From an uncultured Actinomycetes bacterium (GTDB taxonomy: Bacteria; Actinomycetota; UBA4738; HRBIN12): a stretch of 64,000 nucleotides of DNA. Location of the stretch: positions 7,493 to 71,492 of the forward strand of contig CAWHQA010000005.1 of NCBI GenBank assembly GCA_963831325.1. The letters run 5' to 3'. Numbering within the stretch: the stretch's first letter is position 1; every line of letters begins with the position of its first letter. The notes under the pieces are model-generated. The model ran no database searches. It was not told the DNA's origin and saw only the letters and a program-made list of their open reading frames with translations. Made by a program: the position numbers and the translations under genes. Positions 29,861-38,331 of this stretch are shown here, one piece after another.

Positions 29861-31108
29861 CTACTTCGTCGTCACGCGCACCGGCATGCGCTTGATGCCG
29901 TTCACGAAGTTCGACCTGATGCGCTCGACGGGGCCTGTGAGCTCGATCGTGTCGAGCCGGGGGATCAGCTCCTGGAAGAGGATCTTCGTCTCGAGTCGCG
30001 CGAGGTGTGCGCCGAGGCAGAAGTGCGGACCGCCGGGACCGAACGTGATGTGGTCGTTCGGTCTGCGCTTCACGTCGAAGGTGTAGGGGTCGGGGAAGAC
30101 CGCGTCGTCGCGGTTCGCGCTGATGAACCAGGTGACGACCTTGTCGCCTTCTGAGATGAGCTGGCCACGCAGCTCGACGTCGCGGGTCGCCGTGCGGCGG
30201 AACTGCAAGACGGGCGTGGCCCAACGCAGGATCTCCTCGGTGGCGCTCGGGATCAGCTCCGGCTGGTCGCGGAGGAGCTGGAGCTGCTCTGGGTGCTCCA
30301 TCAGGGCCAGCATGCCGTGACTGATCGTGTGCCGGGTGGTCTCGTTGCCGGCGATCATCAGCACGCCGAAGTAGTTGTGGAACTCCGCTTCGTTCAGCAC
30401 GCCCTCGCTCTGGGCGATCGTCAGCGCCTGCAGCACGTCGTCGGCGGGCTCGGCGAGCCGCTCGTCGCGCTGGCGGTCTGCGTAGGCGAACACGTCGAGC
30501 GCGGTGGGGGAGCGGAACGGGAAGAGCCGGTAGGCCTCGGTGTCGACCTTGTCGATCACGGCGAATGACAGATCGGGGTCCTGGTTCGCGATCATGCTGT
30601 CGCCCCACGCGATGAGCTGCGGCGCGTCTTCCTGCGGCACGGTGAAGATCGAGCAGAGGAAGCGGATGGGCAGGTCGCGGCTGATCTCGCTCACGAAGTC
30701 GAACTCCCCCTTGGGAAGCGCCTCATCGAGCACGTCGCGGGCGACATCGCGGATCCAGTCCTCGTACTTGCCGACGCCGCGGGCGCTGAATCGCTTCGAG
30801 CAGATCTTTCGGAGCTCCGTGTGGCGAGGCGGGTCGGTCTCGAGCATCGACTTGCGCACCTCGAGCTGTTCCTCGTCGAGCTCTTCGAGGGAAACCGCGC
30901 CGAGCTCGGACGAGAAGGTCTCCCAATCCATGTGCACGCGCGTGAGGTCGTCGTAGCGGGTGACGGCCCAGAAGCCCTTGTTGGGGGCTGGCTCGGGGTG
31001 CCAGATCACGGGGTGCTCGGCTCGCAGGTGGTCGAACCATTCGAACGGAACACGGTCGGCGTAGATGTCGGGGTTGACCAGATCGATGTCGCCGAGCGTG
31101 TTGCCCAT
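29861..31108 (-). CDS. Cytochrome P450 (CYP124/125-like)
   Basis: The start is taken at MGNTLGDIDL (ATG as the complement of 31106-31108). It has the I-helix MIAGNETTRH, the EXXR motif EEILRW, and the heme loop FGPGGPHFCLGAHLA. Confidence 0.9.
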   Translation of the reverse strand: MGNTLGDIDLVNPDIYADRVPFEWFDHLRAEHPVIWHPEPAPNKGFWAVTRYDDLTRVHMDWETFSSELGAVSLEELDEEQLEVRKSMLETDPPRHTELRKICSKRFSARGVGKYEDWIRDVARDVLDEALPKGEFDFVSEISRDLPIRFLCSIFTVPQEDAPQLIAWGDSMIANQDPDLSFAVIDKVDTEAYRLFPFRSPTALDVFAYADRQRDERLAEPADDVLQALTIAQSEGVLNEAEFHNYFGVLMIAGNETTRHTISHGMLALMEHPEQLQLLRDQPELIPSATEEILRWATPVLQFRRTATRDVELRGQLISEGDKVVTWFISANRDDAVFPDPYTFDVKRRPNDHITFGPGGPHFCLGAHLARLETKILFQELIPRLDTIELTGPVERIRSNFVNGIKRMPVRVTTK

Positions 31109-31293
31109 GCGGTTCGGCTCCCCTCGTCCTGCCGACGATCCCGGAACGTGGCGCGGGTATTTTGCTACCAAACGACCCCGCGGGCAAACTCGATGCTCAC
31201 GCTCAGGAACCTCTCGAGGAACTATTGGCAAACCCACTTGAGATGTGACGCACGTCACTGAACCGTTCGTGAGTCACGGGTAGGTTCGGACAC

Positions 31294-32429
31294 ATGTTCG
31301 AGCTGAGACAGACCGTAGGGCAGGGTTCGCCCGTGCTGAGCGACGACTCGCTCCTCGCCCAAGCAGATGAGGCGAACGCGACCGTGAGCAGAGCCCAGCG
31401 TGAGCTCTTCTCCCTGCTGCGCGAGATCGACCGCCGTGAGGCCTGGAGGGCCGATGGCGCCCAGAGCCTCGCGCACTGGGTCTCGATCCGCTACGGCATA
31501 TCCGCCTGGAAGGCCGAGCGCTGGGTGGCTGCTGCCGAGGCCCTGGAGACGCTGCCCCTGGTGGCTCGAGCTTTCACCTCAGGCCTGCTCGGCATCGACA
31601 AGGTCGTGGAGCTCACCCGGTTCGCCACCCCCGAGTCCGAAGCAGGGCTGATCGGATGGGCGAAGGAGCGAGCCGCAGGTGCGATCAGGCACCGCGGGAA
31701 CCTCGAACGACGCCGTGAGCGTGAAGTGACCTCTCCGCAGAGCGTGAGCGGTCCCTGCGCTGGTGGTACTCCGACGACGGCACCCGGTTCGGTCTCGACG
31801 CGGAGCTGCCTGCCGACCAGGGAGCGGTGGTCGCCAAGGCGCTTTCACGTCTGGCCCAGACGATCCCGCTCACCCCTGACACCGATCACCCCTCCCCGGC
31901 AGACGCACGACGTGCGGATGCGCTCGTCATGGTGTGCTCGGGCGCGATCGCCTCCGATCCGGACCAGGATCGGGCCACCCTGGTGGTGCACACCAGGCTC
32001 GAGACCTTGCTGGGTGCACCCGGTGCACCCAACGCCGAGATCGAGCACGGTCCGGTTCTCGATCCCGCCACAGCCCAGCGCCTGGCGTGTGACGCACGGA
32101 TCCAGGTGATGGCCGAAGACCCTCACGGTCAGCCGCTCTCGCTCGGGCGCATCACCCGCACACCGTCAGCCGCCATGGTGAGGGCGCTCCGCTACCGAGA
32201 CAAGAAGTGCCGCTTCCCGGGGTGCGGCAGGAGGCGGTTCACCAACGCCCATCACGTCAGGTTTTGGTCGCGGGGTGGCGCCAACGATCTCGGCAACCTA
32301 GTGCTGGTCTGCGGGTTCCACCACAGACTCGTGCACGACGGCGGCTGGCGGCTCACGCTCGATCCCGATGCCACCGTCCATTGGTTCCGCCCGAACGGTG
32401 TGCGCTACCGGGCGGGTCCGGCGCCCTGA
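31294..32429 (+). pseudogene. DUF222 / HNH endonuclease (actinobacterial 'REP13E12-like' family), one frameshift near 31740
   Basis: The N-terminal DUF222-like part (AQRELFSLLREIDRREAWRADGAQSLAHWVSIRYGIS) is in ORF 31294..32109. The C-terminal HNH part (CRFPGCGRRRFTNAHHVRFWSRGGANDLGNLVLVCGFHHRLVH) is in ORF 31827..32429. Confidence 0.8.
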
Positions 32430-32454
32430 CGCGTGTGACAGGCATGTTGCATCC

Positions 32455-33849
32455 TCAGATGAACTCGAAGTAGCGACGGCGTTCCCACTCTGTGACGACA
32501 TCGGCGGCGAGGAATCGTTCCCATTCCCAACGGCCGGCTTCGGCGTAGTGGTCGACGACATCGGGGCCGAAGGTCTCGGTCGCCCATGGACTGTCGCGGA
32601 ACGCTGCGACCGCCTCACCGAGATGGGCGGGAAGCGGCGGTACCTCGCGTTGCCAGTCCCCGCCGATGAGCGGCTCGCCGGGGTCGGCACCGGTCGCGAT
32701 GCCGTCGCTCGCCGATGCGAGCAACGCAGCGATAGCGAGGTATGGGTTCACGTCGGCGCCCGGCACGCGCCATTCGAGCCGGGCGGACTCGGGAGCATCG
32801 GTGAGCACACGGCACGACACCATGCGGCTGTCGTAGCCCCAGCTGAGGCCATTGCCCGAGAACTCGCCTCCGGCGACGCGCCGGTAGGAGTTGATGGTCG
32901 GCGCGTACCAGAGCATCGAGTCGTTCGCGTGCGCGAGCACTCCGCCGACCGCGGCTCGCAACGGGCCAGCGAGCGTATCGCCGCCCGACCCTTCGCCGTT
33001 GTCCGAACCCCCGCCGCCGAACCTGTTCACACCCTCGACATCGACGAGCGACAGATGCAGGTGGCACGACGAGCCGGTCGTGTCGGGGAAGGGCTTGGCC
33101 ATGAACGTCGCGGCCATGCCGCTCGCGGCTGCCAGGTCGCGTATCGCAAGCTTGAAGAGCATGTGCCGATCCGCCATCTCGAGGGCGTGGCGATGCTCGA
33201 GGTTGATCTCCCATTGGCCGAGGCCCCATTCCACTTGGCTCGTGAGCGGGCCCAGATTCGAGCGGGCAAGTGCATCTCGAACGCGAGCGAAGAACGTCTC
33301 GTTCTGGTCGCCGGCTTGCACCGTGTAGTCGGCGCGGGCGAGCGTGGTCGGCACGAGCGATTCATACCCGTTCCTGCGCGCCTCGTCGTACGTGCCTCGA
33401 TACAGCGAGAACTCGAGCTCGCTCGCAACCTGTGTCGTGAGCCCGTCCGCTTCGAAACGCTCGATCTGTCTGCGAAGGATCGTGCGAGGTGCGACTTCCA
33501 CGAGATCGTCTCGTCCCATCTCCGCGAAATCGGCGATGCAGATAGCGGTCGACTCGAGCCACGCGGCCGGGCGCAGGGTCCCGAGGTCGGGAACGAGGCG
33601 CACGTCGTGCCAGCCGGTGTCATGGCCCGTGTACGACTGCGCGGGACCCGGCCACTGGTCGATGTCCCACCCGAGCACGCATGAGCTGAGCGGGACGCCC
33701 TCGTGGAGCAGCTTGCGGAACACATCGACGGAGAACCGCTTGCCGACCAGCCGGCCGGTCACGTCGGCCGAGGTCACGATGACGGTGCGGATGCCGGCGT
33801 CGCCCAGATCGTCGGGCCCGAATGCGTGCGCGCCACCGAGAGCGTTCAC
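32455..33849 (-). CDS. Glutamine synthetase family protein (gamma-glutamyl-amine ligase-like, GlnA3/PuuA-type)
   Basis: The protein is 464 aa. Sequence includes SELEFSLY, VEWGLGQWEINLEH, ATFMAKPF...GSSCHLHLSL, INSYRR and EWRVPGADVNPYLA. Confidence 0.85.
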   Translation of the reverse strand: MNALGGAHAFGPDDLGDAGIRTVIVTSADVTGRLVGKRFSVDVFRKLLHEGVPLSSCVLGWDIDQWPGPAQSYTGHDTGWHDVRLVPDLGTLRPAAWLESTAICIADFAEMGRDDLVEVAPRTILRRQIERFEADGLTTQVASELEFSLYRGTYDEARRNGYESLVPTTLARADYTVQAGDQNETFFARVRDALARSNLGPLTSQVEWGLGQWEINLEHRHALEMADRHMLFKLAIRDLAAASGMAATFMAKPFPDTTGSSCHLHLSLVDVEGVNRFGGGGSDNGEGSGGDTLAGPLRAAVGGVLAHANDSMLWYAPTINSYRRVAGGEFSGNGLSWGYDSRMVSCRVLTDAPESARLEWRVPGADVNPYLAIAALLASASDGIATGADPGEPLIGGDWQREVPPLPAHLGEAVAAFRDSPWATETFGPDVVDHYAEAGRWEWERFLAADVVTEWERRRYFEFI

Positions 33850-33892
33850 GGCATGAACACCCTGCGCGTCACCACGTCGTGGCTGCAGGACC

Positions 33893-34663
33893 TCATCGGG
33901 TCAGCCACCCGCCGTCCACGGGAAGCTGGACCCCCGTGATGAACGACGCGTCGTCCGAGAGCAGGAACGACACCGCGGCCGACACGTCTTCCGGCTCGCC
34001 CACTCGATCGATGAGCAGGCGCTGCGACATGAACGCCCACGCCTCGGCGGACCGTAGATCTCCTCCCGGGATGAACGACGTCGCGATCGGGCCGGGTGCC
34101 ACGGCGTTGACCCGGATCCGCCTCCCGGCGAGCTCGACCGCGAGCGCCTTGGTGAGCATCTTCACCCCACCCTTCGACGCGTTGTAGTGCACCTGCGGAT
34201 GCCCTGCCGACGACACGATCACCTCTGACTCGATCGTCGACATGTTCACGATCGCCCCGCCGCCGGCATCGCCGATCGCCGGCGCGATCGCTCGCGTCAC
34301 GACGTACATGCCCTTGAGATTCGTGTCGAGCACGAGGTCCCACTCCTGCTCGTCGAGGTCGTCGAGCACCGACATGCGAACCAGGCCGGCGTTGTTCACG
34401 AGGAAGTGGATCGCGCCGAACGCTTCGAGCGCGGCGTCCCGGGCGGCTTCCGCCTGCGCAGGAAGACGCACGTCGAGCTCGATCGCGAGCGCCCGCCCTC
34501 CGGCGGACTCGATCGCGTCCACGGTCTGCCGCGCGCCCTCGAGCCGCACGTCGGCGACGACCACCTCGGCTCCCTCGGCGGCGAGTCGCGACGCGATCGC
34601 TCGTCCGATGCCCGATCCGGCGCCCGTGACGAGCGCGGTGCGTCCGGAGTGGTCGAAGCTCAC
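33893..34663 (-). CDS. SDR-family oxidoreductase
   Basis: The protein is 256 aa with TGAGSGIGRAIA, NNAG and YNASKGG motifs. Its GTG overlaps the upstream stop. Confidence 0.9.
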   Translation of the reverse strand: MSFDHSGRTALVTGAGSGIGRAIASRLAAEGAEVVVADVRLEGARQTVDAIESAGGRALAIELDVRLPAQAEAARDAALEAFGAIHFLVNNAGLVRMSVLDDLDEQEWDLVLDTNLKGMYVVTRAIAPAIGDAGGGAIVNMSTIESEVIVSSAGHPQVHYNASKGGVKMLTKALAVELAGRRIRVNAVAPGPIATSFIPGGDLRSAEAWAFMSQRLLIDRVGEPEDVSAAVSFLLSDDASFITGVQLPVDGGWLTR

Positions 34664-35466
34664 GACGTGTTTCCTCGGACCGCCTCGAACGCCCTCGACG
34701 AGACGTCGACCGCGGTGCCGCCTCCGTCTGCGAGCAGCGTCGTGCCCGTCACGTACGATGCCTCGTCGCTCGCCAGGAACGCCGCGCAGCGCGCGATCTC
34801 ATCGGGCTCGGCGGCGCGCCGCAGCGGGACGGGCTCGGTGGCGAGGCGGTATGCCTCCTCCCGGGAGATCCCGCGCGTGTCTGCCAGCTCGTCCATCGAC
34901 TCGTCGCCCATCGGCGTGTGCACCCAGCCCGGGCACAGGGCGTTGGCTCGCACGCCCGCGGGGCCGAAGTCGACCGCGATGGACTTGGCGAGTCCGATCA
35001 TGGCCGCCTTCGACGCCACGTAAGCGGCGCTCGACGGCGACGACACGAAGCCGGAGACCGACGAGATCAGCACGATGGAGCCACCACCTCGGGCTTCCAG
35101 GTGCGGCATCGCCGCCCGCACGAGGAAGAGGGCGCCCGACAGGTTGATGTCGATCGTGGTGCGCCAGCCGTCATCGCTCACGTTGCCGGCCGTGCCGCCG
35201 AACCCGACTCCGGCATTTGCGAACACCATGTCGAGCCCACCGTATGCCGTCACGGCCTGCTCGATGGCCGACGCAGCATGTGAGGGATCGGTCGCGTCGC
35301 CGGGCACGGCGAGCCCGCCGACTTCCGCTGCGAGCCTCTCGATCGGCGCGGGACGCCGCCCGGTGAGGGCGACCTGGCCTCCCTCCGCCGCGACCAAACG
35401 AGCGATCGCCGCGCCGATGCCCGAACCGCCGCCGCTGATGACTGCCACCTTGCCTTCGAAGCGCAT
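34660..35466 (-). CDS. SDR-family oxidoreductase
   Basis: The start is MRFEGKVAVISGGGSGIGAAIA (ATG as the complement of 35464-35466), with AGGAGG 4 nt upstream. It has NAG and YVASKAA motifs. Confidence 0.9.
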   Translation of the reverse strand: MRFEGKVAVISGGGSGIGAAIARLVAAEGGQVALTGRRPAPIERLAAEVGGLAVPGDATDPSHAASAIEQAVTAYGGLDMVFANAGVGFGGTAGNVSDDGWRTTIDINLSGALFLVRAAMPHLEARGGGSIVLISSVSGFVSSPSSAAYVASKAAMIGLAKSIAVDFGPAGVRANALCPGWVHTPMGDESMDELADTRGISREEAYRLATEPVPLRRAAEPDEIARCAAFLASDEASYVTGTTLLADGGGTAVDVSSRAFEAVRGNTS

Positions 35467-35495
35467 GGAACCTCCTCGCCGAGCCGCGATGTCCG

Positions 35496-36803
35496 TCAGT
35501 GGTACGGCAGGTAGTAGCGGAGCTCCCAGTCGCTGACGTCGGTGGTCGAGGTGTCCTCGATCGCGCTCTCGTAGCGATCCCACTCGCCGCGCTTCAAGAT
35601 CGTGAAGGCCTCGACGAGCTCGGGTCCGAGCGCCTGCACGAGTGCGTCGTCGGCGTTGAGTGCATCGAGAGCGTCCGACAGGTTCGCCGGGATCGACACA
35701 TCGGTGTCGGGGTCTTCGCCGACCGGTTGCGGCGCCTTCAACTCGAGCTCGTCCTCGACGCCGAGGCGGGCCGCGTGCAGCACGGCGGCTCCCACGAGGT
35801 ACGGGTTCGACGCGGCGTCGCCGGTGCGTTGCTCGAGCCGCGTGCCCTCGCCTCGCGCTGGTGGCACACGCACCGTGACGCTGCGGTCGTCGTGTCCCCA
35901 GTTCGCCCAGTAGCCGTTCAGCATGTCGGGCTGCAGTCGCTTGTAGGCGTTCACGTGCGGCGCCATGATCGCCGCCATGCCTGTGTGATGCTCGAGTAAC
36001 CCTGCCGCGCAGCTGCGTGCGAGGTCCGAGATGCCGTCGGGGTCGCTCGGATCGTGGAACGCGTTCGAGCCGTCGTCGCGGCGGAAGCTGAAGTTCACGT
36101 GCATGCCGCTTCCGCCCCGATCGTTCAGGGGGCGGCCGATGAAGGTGGCGAGCTTGCCGTGGCGCTCGGCGATCTCACGGATGAGCAGCCGGAGCACGAA
36201 CGCGTCATCGGCCGCCTTGATCGCGTCGTCGTATCTGACGTTGACTTCGAACGCCGCCTCATCGAACTCACTGTTCCAGGTCTCGACGTTGAATCCGCAG
36301 GCGAGCGCGGTGGTCACCATGGTGTCGACGCAACCCGAAGGGTCCACCGAGGTGCCCGTGCCGTACACGCGATGGCCTGGGAGCGAGACCGGACGCCATC
36401 CACCGCCACCGTCGGGTTCCATCAGATAGAACTCGAGCTCGAACGAGATCTGCGGCTGGAGCCCCATCGCGCGCCAGGCTTCGACGGCCTGTCGCAGCAC
36501 GTGTCGGGGGTCGATGGCGCACGGCTCACCACGGAAGCGGGCGTCGCCGATGCCGATGAGTGTCTCCGGCTCCCACGAGTGCCGCAGCGAGTCGCGATCG
36601 AGGTGCACGTCGATGTCGGGCAGACCCACGTCGAACTGGGTGTTCGGCACGGCCAGGATCTCGCGGTCGTGGGTGAGTGGATAGACGCCGATGCAGAAGG
36701 CGGCGTGGCCCGACTGTGCCACGTCGCCGAACAGGTACTTGCCCCGCTCCAGCCCGTGGACGTCGGGGAAGAGCAGCCGCAGTCGCTTGCCGTCGGTTTC
36801 CAT
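35496..36803 (-). CDS. Glutamine synthetase family protein (second gamma-glutamyl ligase-like gene)
   Basis: The real part starts at METDGKRLRLLFPDVHG. Sequence includes ISFELEFYL, NSEFDEAAFEVNV, ATFIGRPL...GSGMHVNFS, VNAYKRL and EQRTGDAASNPYL. The upstream part of ORF 35496..37166 is antisense to the P450. Confidence 0.85.
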   Translation of the reverse strand: METDGKRLRLLFPDVHGLERGKYLFGDVAQSGHAAFCIGVYPLTHDREILAVPNTQFDVGLPDIDVHLDRDSLRHSWEPETLIGIGDARFRGEPCAIDPRHVLRQAVEAWRAMGLQPQISFELEFYLMEPDGGGGWRPVSLPGHRVYGTGTSVDPSGCVDTMVTTALACGFNVETWNSEFDEAAFEVNVRYDDAIKAADDAFVLRLLIREIAERHGKLATFIGRPLNDRGGSGMHVNFSFRRDDGSNAFHDPSDPDGISDLARSCAAGLLEHHTGMAAIMAPHVNAYKRLQPDMLNGYWANWGHDDRSVTVRVPPARGEGTRLEQRTGDAASNPYLVGAAVLHAARLGVEDELELKAPQPVGEDPDTDVSIPANLSDALDALNADDALVQALGPELVEAFTILKRGEWDRYESAIEDTSTTDVSDWELRYYLPYH

Positions 36804-36831
36804 GACCCCGCAAGATACGCCTTCGGAGGGC

Positions 36832-38034
36832 ATGGCGCGAAGGGACCGCGGCATCATGACGATCGGCGACACCATCTCGCTCGGCGAGCTCGAGCGCGAT
36901 CCGTATCCGGCGTATCGGCGCTTGCGAGAGGAGGAACCGGTGAGCTTCGTGCCGGCCGTCGGCCTGTGGCTCGTCACCCGCCACGACGACGTGAAGCACG
37001 TGGCGATGCACCCCGAGGCGTTCACGGCTGCGACACAGCCCTCGACGCTCAACCGCACCATGGGCGAGAACATGCTCGGCATGGAAGGACCGGAGCAGCA
37101 GTGGATCCGCGCGATCACCGAGGCGCCGTTCCGCCCGCGCGACGTCGAGGAACGGACGCAGGGCATGATCCCCCGTCTGGCGGGCGAGCTGCTCGACTCG
37201 TTCGTCGACCGCGGCGAGGCCGACCTGTTCCGCGAGTACGCCGACCCGATGAGCGTGCGGTCGCTCTGTTACATGCTCGGGCTGGACCAGGTTCCCTGGC
37301 AGGACATCCTGCGCTGGAACGAGGGCCTCATGCCGGGACTCGCGAACTTCGAGGACGACCCCGCGAAGCAGGCGCCGGCCGATCAGGCCGCCGCGGCGCT
37401 GCACGAGGCGATCGGCGAGGTGCTCGATCGGCTCGCCGACGAGCCCGACGGATCGGTGCTCTCATGGATGCTGCATCACACCGAAGATGGCCGCCGCATG
37501 AGCCGGGAAGAGATCGTCGGGAACACGACGCTGATGTTGAGCGGCGGCCTGCAAGAGCCGCGTGACGTGATCGCGCTCACTCTGTGGGCGCTGCTCGAGA
37601 ACCCTCGGCAGCTCGAGGAGGTGCGCGCCGACCGCTCGTTGGTCAAGGCGGCGGTGGAGGAGACGCTCCGCTGGGCGGGGCCGGTTGGGACCGCCACACG
37701 CCAGACGACCGAGGCGATCGAGCTCGCGGGCGTCGAGCTTGAGCGCGGCGCGCTGATCGCTGCGGTGCTCTCTTCTGCCAATCGTGACCCGCGCCGCTGG
37801 ACCGACCCGGACCGGTTCGACATCCACCGCAGGGAAGGCGCCCATCTCGCGTTCTCGGCCGGCACGCACTTCTGCCTGGGTGCCTGGTTCGGGCGCCACC
37901 TCGCGCGGGTCACGCTCGATCTGGCACTCGACAGACTCCCGGAGCTCGAGCTCAACGCGGCCCGGCCGGTGACTTTGTCGGGCTGGGAGTTCCGCGCACC
38001 GGACTCCCTCTGGGTCAGGTGGCAGACCGCGTGA
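36832..38034 (+). CDS. Cytochrome P450
   Basis: Sequence includes MLSGGLQEPRD (I-helix region), EETLRW, and the heme loop FSAGTHFCLGAWFG. The start is ATG 36832 or ATG 36856. It is divergent from the GS-like operon with only 28-52 bp between the starts. Confidence 0.88.
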   Translation: MARRDRGIMTIGDTISLGELERDPYPAYRRLREEEPVSFVPAVGLWLVTRHDDVKHVAMHPEAFTAATQPSTLNRTMGENMLGMEGPEQQWIRAITEAPFRPRDVEERTQGMIPRLAGELLDSFVDRGEADLFREYADPMSVRSLCYMLGLDQVPWQDILRWNEGLMPGLANFEDDPAKQAPADQAAAALHEAIGEVLDRLADEPDGSVLSWMLHHTEDGRRMSREEIVGNTTLMLSGGLQEPRDVIALTLWALLENPRQLEEVRADRSLVKAAVEETLRWAGPVGTATRQTTEAIELAGVELERGALIAAVLSSANRDPRRWTDPDRFDIHRREGAHLAFSAGTHFCLGAWFGRHLARVTLDLALDRLPELELNAARPVTLSGWEFRAPDSLWVRWQTA

Positions 38035-38050
38035 GTGCTACCTTCTCCGC

Positions 38051-38275
38051 GTGACTCGCTCGAGCCTCCTGAGGATCCTTCAGGTGCTGATCGTCGGCTA
38101 CGTGCTCCTCGCCCTCGTCACGCGAGCGCAGGAGGCATCCGGCGCATATGCGTGTAGCTGCGACCGGGACTGCTGGTGCAGGAGGCCAGGGTTGAGCCTC
38201 TTCCGCTGGGTCTTTCCCAAGGGGCACACGAACCGTTCGCTCGCCGAGTGGAAGCGCTCACGGGAGACCCGCTGA
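38051..38275 (+). CDS. Small (74-aa) single-TM protein with a Cys/Trp-rich tail
   Basis: GTG lies 16 nt after the P450 stop. The TM segment is LLRILQVLIVGYVLLALV and the tail is ACSCDRDCWCRRPGLSLFRWVFPKGH. By hand count, about 85% of third codon positions are G/C, consistent with real coding in this genome. Confidence 0.45.
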   Translation: MTRSSLLRILQVLIVGYVLLALVTRAQEASGAYACSCDRDCWCRRPGLSLFRWVFPKGHTNRSLAEWKRSRETR

Positions 38276-38331
38276 ACTCTTCATCCCAGCATGAGTGATC
38301 ACCCCGTGCCTCGTCTCTTAGGGATCGACGC

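Noticed and set aside
28407-38034. Interpreting the family order P450-GS-SDR-SDR-GS-P450 as an inverted duplication
   Set aside because: The four central genes are all on the same strand, and the paired proteins are only distantly related (different lengths, roughly 30-40% identity at best by eye). The mirror-like order is therefore not the product of a recent inverted repeat.
38035-38331. A possible cobalamin or SAM riboswitch upstream of the MetE-like gene
   Set aside because: I could not find the conserved B12-box or GGTG...CC core, or SAM-I-like elements. Most of the interval is occupied by a high-GC3 small ORF. An Infernal/Rfam scan would settle it.
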